Below, piece after piece: positions 28,539-38,600 of a stretch of DNA of 64,000 nucleotides. The notes beneath the pieces are model-generated. The model did not search any database. It had not been told where the DNA came from and saw only the letters and a program-made list of their open reading frames with translations. Numbering within the stretch: the stretch's first letter is position 1; every line of letters begins with the position of its first letter. The translations under genes were made by a program, and so were the position numbers. Source of the DNA: Candidatus Micrarchaeota archaeon (lineage in GTDB: Archaea; Micrarchaeota; Micrarchaeia; Anstonellales; Bilamarchaeaceae). Where the stretch lies: positions 1-64,000 of the forward strand of contig JBBSVN010000002.1 in NCBI GenBank assembly GCA_038046765.1, written 5' to 3'.

Positions 28539-29339
28539 ATGTCAAACTCTAAAACTTCTCTAATTGTTCCGGTATTTAGCCTCGAGCGAATTAATACGCT
28601 GTCCTGTTCCAGGATTGGAAATCCCACAAAGGGTAAACCAATTCAATTCATTCTAAGAAAACCGGCTGCGGTCTTAAGTCACGTTTATCACCCTGTTTCT
28701 GAAGGATTAATTATCGATGCAAGAGAGGGTGAACGATACGAAATTTTTGGTCATAGTATGGGTGGTAAAAATGAAGCACCAGATTGTTCTTGCATTAGTG
28801 AATTAAGATTTGAAAAAGTAACTGATAAAGCCTCCACAATCACTGAAAAATATAAGAATGGTCATACTCAGGAAAACGAATTTCTTTCATCTTTATCTGT
28901 AACCGAACTACATGTCTTATCTAGTCCCGTTGATCATAATGTGAAAATTATTCATCCGATAGTTCGACTTTCAATTAATGTAAATGTTGAAGTAGTTTTT
29001 CCAGCAGTTGCTCATAGTGCTTATCGTATTGCATATGCTGACCATCGATCGTGTGGCCAGGCTGTTTTTGAAGTTGCAAGTTGTATCGTTAATCCAAATA
29101 ATTCTGATGAAATTCGTGTGGCTTTTCGTTCTGCAACACATGGGCTATCTACTGCGCAGATAAGTGACACACAAGTGACAATCGCACAAATGACTAAATC
29201 AGAAGCAATTGTACTTAGCGATGGTTCATCAGTCGCATTTCGAATAATTGGTTCTTATGAAAACGAGCATCCGCGTACTGTTTTATCTGGTACAAATTAC
29301 GAGTCATTTGGCAGGATGGCGTTTAATATCACTTTATAA
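28539..29339 (+). CDS. Hypothetical protein
   Basis: 266-aa ORF, no recognised motif. Confidence 0.65.
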   Translation: MSNSKTSLIVPVFSLERINTLSCSRIGNPTKGKPIQFILRKPAAVLSHVYHPVSEGLIIDAREGERYEIFGHSMGGKNEAPDCSCISELRFEKVTDKASTITEKYKNGHTQENEFLSSLSVTELHVLSSPVDHNVKIIHPIVRLSINVNVEVVFPAVAHSAYRIAYADHRSCGQAVFEVASCIVNPNNSDEIRVAFRSATHGLSTAQISDTQVTIAQMTKSEAIVLSDGSSVAFRIIGSYENEHPRTVLSGTNYESFGRMAFNITL

Positions 29340-29365
29340 TTTCCCAGAATTAATCTGTGCAATAT

Positions 29366-30601
29366 TTATTCCCGAATAACAACATTATTTCCAATGCTCT
29401 GGATCGAACCTAGCGGAACAGAATACTTTTTATCAAAAACCGATTCAATAACGATTGTCGAATCATTATTGCTCATACCAATAACCTTTCCTAAATAAGT
29501 TCCATGTGTATTTAATACTTCTTTTCCATCGAGTTTCATTTTAAGAAGTATCTCGGCTCGCATATCCTTTATTGTCCTTATCGCGGCATAACCAATAAAT
29601 ATCGCGCTTACAAGCGTAAGTAAAAAATCACCAAAATTTACATAAGGTGGCGAAACATTTGAGATCCAGTTTCCGCCTACTTTAAGTACTAGAACCGCTA
29701 GTGTAATTGCCACTGCATAAGTTGCGTACTTTGTGACTAAAAACTTTTTCTTTTCGTGTAATGCATCGATTACTTTTCCTGTAATTATTAATATTGCTGC
29801 AAGGAAAAATATCACAATCGAATTAGATAAAACATAAGCGGCAGTTTTTTCACCTCCAAATCCGTTTTCAATGGCGTTTAGAAAATTCTGGTAAGTTATA
29901 AGTATTCCGATTGCAATAAGCGCAAACCCGCCTATGTAACTAATTAAACTTGATTTTTCTACTGAAAACCTAAAGTCCTTTAATACTCTATAAATTGAGT
30001 CATCAATTCCAAAAATCCTAAGCATAAGTACTAATCCTGTCAAGATTCCTATCGGTTGCCAGCCTAAACCAAAAAAACTACTTAGTGAAGCTAATAAAAT
30101 TAACAAAGCCGGTATTCCGATTATTGTTTTGGCATAATGCGGGTCCTTTAGTTTTTCTATTAAAACAAAATACGTTTTTTCAAGTTCTTTTGCCTGTTTT
30201 ATAAAAATTATCTTTGTTGAATCAATCCTGATTCTGGATTTTATGATTGGTATTACTTCCTCCTCCCCAATCCCATCACTAATTAATATTGCTGAAACTG
30301 GTCTTAGTTCCCTTGAAATCTTATTTAGTTGGTTGCTCAATTCTACGTCTGCCTGATATCCTAAATTTTTGTGTCCTGATATTGTTACTATTTCAATGCT
30401 TTTGCCTTCTTTTTTGAACTGGTCATAAAGTTTTATCGCATAAAACATCGCATTGGAGTCTGGGTCTTCCGGATCAGCTAAAGCTAGTTTTATTGCAGCA
30501 TCAAGATTTTTTTCCCTGCCAATAATCGGACCTGGGACACCTCCCTTTTCGTAAACGTCATTATCGCGATCTACGCAGAGCAATACAATTGGTCTTTGCA
30601 T
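29366..30601 (-). CDS. DUF373 family membrane protein with C-terminal PRC-barrel-like domain
   Basis: LCVDRDND, ADPEDPDSNAMF, ISDG, KQAKELEKTY; C-terminal GKEVLNTHGTYLGKV. Confidence 0.85.
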   Translation of the reverse strand: MQRPIVLLCVDRDNDVYEKGGVPGPIIGREKNLDAAIKLALADPEDPDSNAMFYAIKLYDQFKKEGKSIEIVTISGHKNLGYQADVELSNQLNKISRELRPVSAILISDGIGEEEVIPIIKSRIRIDSTKIIFIKQAKELEKTYFVLIEKLKDPHYAKTIIGIPALLILLASLSSFFGLGWQPIGILTGLVLMLRIFGIDDSIYRVLKDFRFSVEKSSLISYIGGFALIAIGILITYQNFLNAIENGFGGEKTAAYVLSNSIVIFFLAAILIITGKVIDALHEKKKFLVTKYATYAVAITLAVLVLKVGGNWISNVSPPYVNFGDFLLTLVSAIFIGYAAIRTIKDMRAEILLKMKLDGKEVLNTHGTYLGKVIGMSNNDSTIVIESVFDKKYSVPLGSIQSIGNNVVIRE

Positions 30602-30692
30602 GGTATATAAAACGACGTACGCATTTAAAAATTGCACGATTCATATTATCTTTACGACTTTTACAAAATTAATACTAATTTAGGCGATTCAT

Positions 30693-31238
30693 TTGGATAA
30701 AAAAAATACTTTTATTGGACAAACCATTGCTAGTTGCGAGGAATATGTTCCTGGAAAAAATGCATTTGGCGAAGCAGATCAGATTTACTCTGCAGTAATT
30801 GGGAAAAGTCAGACGGATGGCCAAAGTATTTCTGTAATCCCAGAAGGTAAAAAAATAATCGATGTAGCAGTCGGATCCTTTGTTTATGGTCTAATTGCGG
30901 AAATCAGAGATACAAAAGCGATTGTTGATTGCATAATGGCAGAGGAATATCCAAATTCAAGGTTCTCAATGCCCTCATTTGGCAGTTCACTTCCTGTTCA
31001 AAACATACGAATTAATTCATATGTAAAAACTGTAAGGGACGAGCTTAAAATCGGGGACATAATAAAAGCAAAAGTTGTTGCAACAAGTCCTGCAATTTTA
31101 ATTAGCATTGCTGAACCTAGTTTAGGGGTAATGGTTGCATTTTGCTCTGCATGCCGGAATAGTATGTCTTTAAAAAATGATTTTGCAACTTGTAATAACT
31201 GCGAAAAAACAGAAAAAAGAAAAACCATAACTGGTTAA
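30693..31238 (+). CDS. csl4: Exosome RNA-binding protein Csl4
   Basis: EEYVPG, S1 domain GDIIKAKV, LGV..AFCSAC/CNNC zinc ribbon, EKRK. Confidence 0.92.
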   Translation: MDKKNTFIGQTIASCEEYVPGKNAFGEADQIYSAVIGKSQTDGQSISVIPEGKKIIDVAVGSFVYGLIAEIRDTKAIVDCIMAEEYPNSRFSMPSFGSSLPVQNIRINSYVKTVRDELKIGDIIKAKVVATSPAILISIAEPSLGVMVAFCSACRNSMSLKNDFATCNNCEKTEKRKTITG

Positions 31239-31268
31239 AAATTAATATTCATTAACGAGTGATTGAAG

Positions 31269-31544
31269 ATGGAAATCGAAATTATATCTGAAGAAAAGAA
31301 TGTTTTGGAATTCAAAATTGTTGGCTGTGACGAAGTTTTAGCAAGATTGCTTGCTGAAAAACTAACTGCTGATAAGGATGTTGAATTTGCAGCCTACAAA
31401 TTAGACCATCCACTGATAAAATCTCCTTGTGTTGTTGTAAAAACAAAAAAGAAAAAGGCTTATGATCTGGTTTTAGAAAAACTTGAAGAAATGAAGGATG
31501 AAATTGTCGAATTTAAAAAACAATTTAAACAAGCTTCAAACTGA
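31269..31544 (+). CDS. rpoL: RNA polymerase subunit Rpo11 (RpoL)
   Basis: VEFAAYKLDHPL; csl4-rpoL synteny. Confidence 0.92.
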   Translation: MEIEIISEEKNVLEFKIVGCDEVLARLLAEKLTADKDVEFAAYKLDHPLIKSPCVVVKTKKKKAYDLVLEKLEEMKDEIVEFKKQFKQASN

Positions 31545-31555
31545 GTTAAGATCCA

Positions 31556-32506
31556 ATGTCTCCCTTAAAGGAATTTGGTAAATTTCCAGTTCAGCTCTTT
31601 ATCCTATTCCTAACTTTATTGGCTTACGTACTTACGCAAAATCTTATTTTTGGAATTCTTGTTGCATTTGAATTTGTCGTATTTCTTGGTTTTGAATTTT
31701 CAGAAGGTACGAAGCAACATGGGCTTAAGCATGAAATTATTGATACTGTAATTGCGCTTGTTTTTGCGCTTTCGCTTTGGCTTGGTTTATCCCTGGCATT
31801 AAACACTTCATCTCCTTTATCTGCAGTTGTTTCATGCAGTATGCTGCCAAATCTTGACCGTGGGGATATGGTATTAATACAAGGAGCCACGATAAATTCC
31901 TTTGAACAAAATATCTCAAAATCAGAGATTGCCTCTCTAACTAGTGAAAATGTTGTTGCTTATTATGCTAACAATCTTTCGAGTTTTGCTGTTAAAGGTT
32001 CTATCTATGCTTATTGTTCTTTTAACGTAAACCCAGTATGTCTTGATTTTATTAAATCTCCTCAAAACTTTTATGAAATGCATGGAGACCTAAGATTTAA
32101 TTATAAAATCTGTGAAGTAAATACTGCTTCTGGGGTGCAAAAACAACCTTGCGTTTCAAGCGCGTCTTACAAAGGAACTCAAATCAACTTTGATAATTCC
32201 AGGGACATTATTGTTTTCCAGCCCGCTAAAGAAGATATCTATGCACGAAGTGGGGACATTATTCATCGGGCGCAGATAAAACTAAATGAAAATGGAAAAT
32301 ACTACTATCTTACAAAAGGAGATAATAATCCTGTTTTTGATATCCAGGTTTATGATTATCTTAATGGTGCTGGTAACTTACCTGTTGAACAATCCAGGGT
32401 AAAAGGAAAGACCTTGATTCGTGTTCCTTATTTGGGTTATTTCAAGTTGTTCTTATCTGGATTCTTTAATTCACCTGCCCAGTGTAAGACCCAACTAATT
32501 AACTAA
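31556..32506 (+). CDS. Signal peptidase I (Sec11/S26 type) with large insertion
   Basis: VVSCSMLP..RGD, GDIIHR, TKGDNN...D, GKTLIRVPYLGY. Confidence 0.88.
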   Translation: MSPLKEFGKFPVQLFILFLTLLAYVLTQNLIFGILVAFEFVVFLGFEFSEGTKQHGLKHEIIDTVIALVFALSLWLGLSLALNTSSPLSAVVSCSMLPNLDRGDMVLIQGATINSFEQNISKSEIASLTSENVVAYYANNLSSFAVKGSIYAYCSFNVNPVCLDFIKSPQNFYEMHGDLRFNYKICEVNTASGVQKQPCVSSASYKGTQINFDNSRDIIVFQPAKEDIYARSGDIIHRAQIKLNENGKYYYLTKGDNNPVFDIQVYDYLNGAGNLPVEQSRVKGKTLIRVPYLGYFKLFLSGFFNSPAQCKTQLIN

Positions 32507-32553
32507 ATTCGTGACATTGTTTTTTATTTTGTTTTTATTAATACTCATTTTAG

Positions 32554-33501
32554 GTGATGCTTATGATTAATGCTAGTACTAGAAAACATATCGAAAATAA
32601 AAAACCAGTTGAGATTCACACAGATTACAAATGTACCATAAAAAGTCCATTTGCTTTAAGACGCGAAAAAGAACTGGAAGCAAAAGCACAACTGGTTGCA
32701 GAACAAAAAGCAGCTGAACATAAAAAAGCAGTCTTGGAAGAAGAAAGGAAAAAAGCTGTTTGGGAAGAATTCGCTGCGACAACAAAAAAACAAAATGATT
32801 CTACCCTCTTATTTTTAGATGCAGTTAAAAGAAATCATTTGCCCGCTATGTGCAGTGCATTAGATAATGGTGCACGCATAAATGACCGAATTAACGGTGC
32901 TGGTGCCACTGCTTTAATATATGCCGCATATATGGGATACATTGATATAGTTAAATTACTTCTTGAAAAAGGGGCAGACAGGACACTCAAAGCTAAACAG
33001 GATTGGGGACCTTTAATTTGTGCTGCGGATAATGGTCATCTGGAATTAGTTAAATTTTTTGTTGAAAGAGGAGTTTACAAAGTTGATGAAAAAGATGAGT
33101 GCGGACAAACTCCTCTAATGATGGCATGCAATAAAAATCATCTTGAAATTATTCGTTTTCTTGTAGATCATGGTTCAAATGTAAATGAAAAAAGTAATGT
33201 CAGTAAAACTCCACTCATGACGGCAGTTATGGGGGATGCGAGTATACCTGTCTTCGAATTACTTTTATCAAAAGGTGCCAATATCGATGCTCAAAATATT
33301 GATGGACAAACTGCGCTTATGCTAGCTATAAATCATTTTCGTGTAGCTCATGTTCGTTTTCTTTTATCAAAAGGTGCAGACTTATATAAGCTGCGAGATC
33401 GACAGAATAAAACTGCTTCGGATTTAACCCCCCAGGAATCACGGATTAAAGATTCTTTGGTAAATGACATTCGAGAACTTATGTTAGAACGTATGCGTTA
33501 G
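32554..33501 (+). CDS. Ankyrin-repeat protein with N-terminal coiled coil
   Basis: About 6 ankyrin repeats (TALIYAA, TPLMMAC, TPLMTAV, TALMLAI). Confidence 0.92.
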   Translation: MMLMINASTRKHIENKKPVEIHTDYKCTIKSPFALRREKELEAKAQLVAEQKAAEHKKAVLEEERKKAVWEEFAATTKKQNDSTLLFLDAVKRNHLPAMCSALDNGARINDRINGAGATALIYAAYMGYIDIVKLLLEKGADRTLKAKQDWGPLICAADNGHLELVKFFVERGVYKVDEKDECGQTPLMMACNKNHLEIIRFLVDHGSNVNEKSNVSKTPLMTAVMGDASIPVFELLLSKGANIDAQNIDGQTALMLAINHFRVAHVRFLLSKGADLYKLRDRQNKTASDLTPQESRIKDSLVNDIRELMLERMR

Positions 33502-33542
33502 CTTAGTTATGAGATGCGGCGTCTTTGCGGAACAGATTAAAT

Positions 33543-34277
33543 CTATCCGTAATGTTTTCCGCCTAATTCCTGGGTTATGACTTCGCTTAAACTTTTCTTA
33601 AGTTCGTCCTTCTCATTCTTTGGAAGTTTCATCGACTCAAGTTTTTCATCCCATTTAATTATCGATGCACCGATTCTTTGAGCTAGCATTTCGCTATCAG
33701 AATATCTAGCATATCTTAACAAGCATTTTAATGCATAAGGGGCAGCAGAGTCTCCCAATGCTTCAATTACTGCGTTACGTAGAATATGCATACTTTCGAT
33801 TTCTATTCCAGAAAATACTGAAAAATGATATGTTAGTATTTTTGCAGCGTCTGTTCCAGGCAGTTCCCCAAGTATCTTGATCAGTTCAATAATTCCTTCA
33901 AGAGATGCCGTATAATTGAACATTCCCTTATAGACGTTCGCTCTTATCTGTGCAGTCTCTAAGTTAGGGGCTTTTTGTTTGTGGTATTCAAAATTTTGCA
34001 TTACTTTTAATTCATTTACCTTTGCCACATTTTCATGTATCATGTATAATACAATTTGCTTTATTGTCTCGTTTCCTTTGGTGTAAATTTCTTTTATTTT
34101 TTCCCGTGCTTCATTCATGTTTTCTTCTTTTGTTGCTACCGGGTAAAAATTAAGTGCAAAAAATGCCTGATCAAGAATTTTTACTTTTTCTTGTATCATC
34201 TGTTCTTCTGCTTTTTGATCTAATTTTGATTTATCATCTTTCTCGCTAATTTGTGTATCTTTTTTCATAGGTATCAA
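33543..34277 (-). CDS. Helical (HEAT-like) hypothetical protein
   Basis: LRNAVIEALGDS-type repeat. Confidence 0.7.
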   Translation of the reverse strand: MIPMKKDTQISEKDDKSKLDQKAEEQMIQEKVKILDQAFFALNFYPVATKEENMNEAREKIKEIYTKGNETIKQIVLYMIHENVAKVNELKVMQNFEYHKQKAPNLETAQIRANVYKGMFNYTASLEGIIELIKILGELPGTDAAKILTYHFSVFSGIEIESMHILRNAVIEALGDSAAPYALKCLLRYARYSDSEMLAQRIGASIIKWDEKLESMKLPKNEKDELKKSLSEVITQELGGKHYG

Positions 34278-34331
34278 CTTACATGACTACTAATCCGTTT
34301 GTTTTTATATTCTTTGCCATTATATTTTTTA

Positions 34332-34910
34332 ATGCAAGAAATTTATTTCGCTACAAGCAATTTACATAAATTTGAAGAAGCCACTAATATCCTTAAACAA
34401 TTCTGTCCCAATATAAACTTTATTCAGTTTCCTTTTAATCACATCGAAATTCGTTCTGATAATTTAGATGACGTTGCAAAAGAAGCAGCACAGTCAGCTT
34501 ATTGCGAAATAAAAAAGCCGGTTTTTGTTGATGATACAGGGTTTTTTATCAAATATCTTAATGGTTTTCCGGGTACTTATTCTGCGTGGGTTCTTAAAAA
34601 ACTAAGTAACACACTCATCTTAAAATTAATGGAAAACGTAAAAAATAGACGAGCGTCTTTTAAAACAGCAATTGCTTTTGCACGTCCTAGCAAAGAAGTT
34701 GGAGTTAAAATTGAGATTTTTACTGGTCAATGCAACGGTTCAATTTCGCTTGTTTTGCGTGGAAAAGATGGTTTTGGATATGACTCAATTTTTGTTCCTG
34801 CAATGCATAATAAGACATTTGCAGAAAGCATAATATTAAAAAACAAACTTTCCCATAGATATAAAGCATTAAGAGAATTTGCGAATTATCTAAATCGTAA
34901 TTTTCAATAA
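34332..34910 (+). CDS. rdgB: dITP/XTP pyrophosphatase (HAM1/RdgB)
   Basis: FATSNLHK, DDTG, GFPGTYS, GFGYD, SHR. Confidence 0.95.
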   Translation: MQEIYFATSNLHKFEEATNILKQFCPNINFIQFPFNHIEIRSDNLDDVAKEAAQSAYCEIKKPVFVDDTGFFIKYLNGFPGTYSAWVLKKLSNTLILKLMENVKNRRASFKTAIAFARPSKEVGVKIEIFTGQCNGSISLVLRGKDGFGYDSIFVPAMHNKTFAESIILKNKLSHRYKALREFANYLNRNFQ

Positions 34911-34961
34911 AACTTATTGAAGTATCTAAGCTCTTAACGTTAATATTTTGTGCTTAATTTT

Positions 34962-35016
34962 ATGACGACTTGCCTTCGCCCCGTCATTTAATTAAGACGA
35001 AATCGTATAAAATCGA
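34962..35016 (+). ncRNA. Candidate rps15 leader / C/D-box-like sRNA
   Basis: ATGACGA + CTTGCCTTCGCC (antisense to the conserved 16S GGCGAAGGC) + AAGACGA; ATGACG/CGTCAT stem. Confidence 0.35.
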
Positions 35017-35027
35017 GGTGTTTATTA

Positions 35028-35483
35028 GTGGCAAGATTACATTCGGGTAAGCACGGTAAATCCGGCAGAAAAAGACCCAAGGCAGAACTTTCACAAGTAA
35101 AGCCAACAATATCTGAAAAAGAAATAAAAGAAATCATTTTAAAAATGGCAAAAGAAGGTACAATGCCGTCTAAAATTGGCGTAACCTTAAGAGATAAATA
35201 TGCTGTTGGGAGTATTCGATCTGTTTTAGGGGTAACCTTATCAAGATTCTTAAAAGAGTCAAATATTTCTTCTGATTATCCGGAAGACATGTTCACTCTT
35301 ATAAAAAGGGCCTTAAATCTTAGAAAGCATTTAAAATCTTTCAAGAAAGATGTACATAATAATGTTAAACTTTCTCATATCGAGTCTAAAATTCAAAGAC
35401 TTGCAAAATATTATATCTCAAGAAAAAGGCTTCCTAGCGACTGGAAATACGATCCAGAAAAGGTAGCACTTGTTGTCAAATAA
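35028..35483 (+). CDS. rps15: 30S ribosomal protein S15 (uS15/S13e)
   Basis: MARLHSGKHGKSG, SKIGVTLRD, PED, ESKIQRLAKYY; GTG start. Confidence 0.97.
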   Translation: MARLHSGKHGKSGRKRPKAELSQVKPTISEKEIKEIILKMAKEGTMPSKIGVTLRDKYAVGSIRSVLGVTLSRFLKESNISSDYPEDMFTLIKRALNLRKHLKSFKKDVHNNVKLSHIESKIQRLAKYYISRKRLPSDWKYDPEKVALVVK

Positions 35484-35502
35484 ATTTTAATTAGGTGATT
35501 CT

Positions 35503-36090
35503 CTGGCAAAAAAGACAAAAATTGTTGATAAATGGAAAATGAAAAAATGGTACACTTTAGTTGCGCCACCGCTTTTTGACAACAAAGAAATTTTCGAAGT
35601 TGTAGCTGCTGATGATAAAATTTTAATAAACAGAATAATACGAGCAAATTTACTCGACCTTATATCTGTTTCATCCCAAGCTGCAATGCTTACATCTCTT
35701 AACTTTAGAATACATGAAGTAAAAGGGGCACAGGCATTCCTTAAGCTTATTGGGCATGAAGTATCTCCAACATATATAAAAACTTTCGCAAGAAGGGGCA
35801 AATCATTGATTCATGTAGTATGTGATATACATACAAAAGATGGCGAGCAGGTAAGGATTAAAAGTGTAGGTGTTACTTCTGGTAAAATAAGTAATACTAC
35901 TGCAACAAACCTAAGATTATCTCTCAAGGAAGAAGTAATCAAGAACTGCGATGGCCTTACTTATGATGAATTAATGCAAGAAATACTATATGGAAAACTT
36001 GTTTCAAAAATCTTTAATAAGCTTAAGCAGATTGCATCGATGCGAAGAGTTGAAATAAGAAAGACCGAACGAAAGGAAACTTTCAAGTAA
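35503..36090 (+). CDS. rps3ae: 30S ribosomal protein S3Ae (eS1); probable CTG start
   Basis: DKWKMKKWY..APPLF, RRGKS, RRVEIRK; GGTGA SD 4 nt before the in-frame CTG at 35503. Confidence 0.93.
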   Translation: MAKKTKIVDKWKMKKWYTLVAPPLFDNKEIFEVVAADDKILINRIIRANLLDLISVSSQAAMLTSLNFRIHEVKGAQAFLKLIGHEVSPTYIKTFARRGKSLIHVVCDIHTKDGEQVRIKSVGVTSGKISNTTATNLRLSLKEEVIKNCDGLTYDELMQEILYGKLVSKIFNKLKQIASMRRVEIRKTERKETFK

Positions 36091-36164
36091 CTATCTATTT
36101 TTTAATTTTCTTTTTATTTTTATATCCTTTTTCTAATATAAAATAATATTATTGGCTGATAATT

Positions 36165-36479
36165 ATGATGGATCCAAGGCAAATGGGAAAAATGATGAAA
36201 CAAATGGGTATTAATACAAATACCATCGCTGCAAGGCGGGTAATAATCGAAACTGATGATAAAAATATAATTATCTCTAATCCTGAAGTCACTGAAATTG
36301 CAATGCAGGGACAAAAATCCTATCAGATTGCAGGCACCATCTCTTATGAAGAAACAATAAAAGAAGAAGATGTGACCTTAGTTATTGAACAAACTTCATG
36401 TACCAAAGAGCAGGCAATTGAAGCATTAAAAAAATCCAATGGGGATATTGCAGAAGCGATAATTATACTTAAAGGCTAA
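36165..36479 (+). CDS. nac: Nascent polypeptide-associated complex protein
   Basis: DPRQMGKMMKQMGI, QGQKSYQIAG, UBA-like GDIAEAI. Confidence 0.95.
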   Translation: MMDPRQMGKMMKQMGINTNTIAARRVIIETDDKNIIISNPEVTEIAMQGQKSYQIAGTISYEETIKEEDVTLVIEQTSCTKEQAIEALKKSNGDIAEAIIILKG

Positions 36480-36559
36480 GTCCGGTTCCTGTTTCTTTTG
36501 ATTAGTCATTAAAAAACATTCGTTATACTGTATTACTATTATTTAATTTGGTTGTGTAT

Positions 36560-37117
36560 ATGGCAGTTAAACGTGAACTTACTTATATCGTTGCTCTAAT
36601 TGTTATTATTGCTATTCTTATAAGCGTAGTTAACTTTTTCAAAAAAGATGTTGAAGAAGCAGATGCAAAAAAGTTTATTCAGGAGGATTTAGCCAATAAA
36701 TATCCTGATGGCGATATTTCAATAATCGATGTAAAAGAAAATTTTAATTCTGCAGGTTCAAAATATTTTCAAGTAAAAGCAAAAGTTACACGAGATTACT
36801 ATTCTATCTGTCCCCAAAGAATTCATTTCTATTATAATTATCCTGAGCAAAATTTTGTACCTCAACCAGCTGAATACATAACAAATAATTGTCAGGTGTG
36901 CTTAACAGGAAACTGTGTTATTGCTTTTCCAGAGGAAGCAATAATTGCATCAAGGACATTAAACGGTAGTGCTGGTGCCTCTAGTTTCATTAATTCTACA
37001 AATGCAATACCTATGAGCGTAAACCTTTTGAATAATTCTTGGCAAGTTGTCTGGAAATCTATTCGTTCAAATGCGACTTATACTGTTTACGTAACAACAG
37101 ATGGAAAAATAAAATAA
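36560..37117 (+). CDS. Membrane-anchored Cys-containing hypothetical protein
   Basis: N-terminal TM; CPQR and CQVC...C. Confidence 0.75.
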   Translation: MAVKRELTYIVALIVIIAILISVVNFFKKDVEEADAKKFIQEDLANKYPDGDISIIDVKENFNSAGSKYFQVKAKVTRDYYSICPQRIHFYYNYPEQNFVPQPAEYITNNCQVCLTGNCVIAFPEEAIIASRTLNGSAGASSFINSTNAIPMSVNLLNNSWQVVWKSIRSNATYTVYVTTDGKIK

Positions 37118-37152
37118 AGACTTAACTAAACTACAAAAAGACTTTTTAGGAT

Positions 37153-38127
37153 TTAGAATATTTCTATCTGGTTATCTATAACTTCTATTTTTTTATCTAA
37201 AAATTTCTTTATTATTTCTATGTTTGTTTTTGTATGCTCAGTTATCTCGCTGGTTTTATAGCTTGTACTTTCGCTGGCTAACGCCCCATAAATAAGTAAT
37301 TGATCAGCTAAATGCAAATCAACATCACTGCCAGTTTCTTTCATTAGATTCTCGTATGCTTCTTGGCCTACTTCCTCTGATTTCTTTCCTCTTTCTCCTA
37401 AAACGTAAGCGCCTCTAAAACCAGAACAAGCAGTTACTGCATTTCCGGGGCTAGGTGTCTGTTCTTGGATTATTTTAACATAACTAATTTCATTTTCCAT
37501 GAAAATCTTTTTCTCTCTTATTGCAATTACTTCTGGTAAACTACCCACTCTTATTATTACTTTTGTCTGCTCGTTGTTAAACCAGCGCGTTCTACCTGCG
37601 AGCGTGGATGGTTTTATTTTTATTTCTATTTCTCCACCTCCTTTTGGGTAATAACCTGATCTAAACAGTTTAGTTTCAATTTCTACTCCAAATTCCTTTA
37701 TTGCCTTTATAAAAATTTCTTCAAAGTAGTCATAACTGGGAGACTTCATTACATGCGTTCCGCCAATTATTTTTATTATACTTTCCTTTTTTGCGAATAA
37801 TAATATTGGAATCACACTTTGCGCTACTAAAGTTACGCTTCCAGCGGTTCCAATATTAAAATCATATTTGCCCCCTATAATTTCTCCTGGTGTAAAACTT
37901 AGTTCCTTACTACCCAGTTCCGCTCCAATAAGCGTTCCCCTACAAACATTTCGAACTGCTTTAGCTGCCATTAAATGTTGCGGTTGTAAGCCTGGATTTG
38001 GCCTTTTAGCTCTTATATTAATTATCTTGAAAGGTTTTCCGGTTATTGAAGAAAGCGTTAAAGCTGTTCTTATAACTTGCCCGCCACCTTCACCCTCACT
38101 ACCATCGATTTCTATTATGTCTTGCAT
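37153..38127 (-). CDS. rtcA: RNA 3'-terminal phosphate cyclase
   Basis: DGSEGEGGGQVIR, RPNPGL, IGTAGS, GYYPKGGG, HLADQL, TEHTKTN. Confidence 0.96.
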   Translation of the reverse strand: MQDIIEIDGSEGEGGGQVIRTALTLSSITGKPFKIINIRAKRPNPGLQPQHLMAAKAVRNVCRGTLIGAELGSKELSFTPGEIIGGKYDFNIGTAGSVTLVAQSVIPILLFAKKESIIKIIGGTHVMKSPSYDYFEEIFIKAIKEFGVEIETKLFRSGYYPKGGGEIEIKIKPSTLAGRTRWFNNEQTKVIIRVGSLPEVIAIREKKIFMENEISYVKIIQEQTPSPGNAVTACSGFRGAYVLGERGKKSEEVGQEAYENLMKETGSDVDLHLADQLLIYGALASESTSYKTSEITEHTKTNIEIIKKFLDKKIEVIDNQIEIF

Positions 38128-38129
38128 GT

Positions 38130-38600
38130 TTATACCTTTGAAATGTCCTCTATTTTTGCATGATTTACCCTAATAATCTCTTTGGGGGATATTTTTGTTA
38201 ATGCGTTAGTTGATCCGCCACCACTATAAACGATTTCCTTTTCAAGTACCTCTTTATCGATAAAAAATGTTGTCCAATATCCAAAAGACGGAGTTCCGCC
38301 AGCTGGGTATCCGGTTTTTTCTAAAACTTCATCTGATCGCGCCAAGCGTAATTTTCTTGTTCTTAGTATATCTGCTAGTTTCCTTAAATCAAGTTTTTTA
38401 TTTCCGCCTATTATGCAAACAATTAATTTGCCAGATTCCTCGTTAATTACACAGACATTTTTAACAAAATCTTCAACCTTCGCATTAGCTGTTACTGCTG
38501 CTTCTTGCACGCTGTGGCAAGACGTTTGGAAAACTAGGTGTTCTGCCTGAACGTTATTTACTTTTATGTAGTCGATTAGTTTCTGGTTGTATTCGTTCAT
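38130..38600 (-). CDS. YbaK/EbsC aminoacyl-tRNA deacylase family
   Basis: FVKN, TGYPAGGTPSFG, SGGG. Confidence 0.9.
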   Translation of the reverse strand: MNEYNQKLIDYIKVNNVQAEHLVFQTSCHSVQEAAVTANAKVEDFVKNVCVINEESGKLIVCIIGGNKKLDLRKLADILRTRKLRLARSDEVLEKTGYPAGGTPSFGYWTTFFIDKEVLEKEIVYSGGGSTNALTKISPKEIIRVNHAKIEDISKV

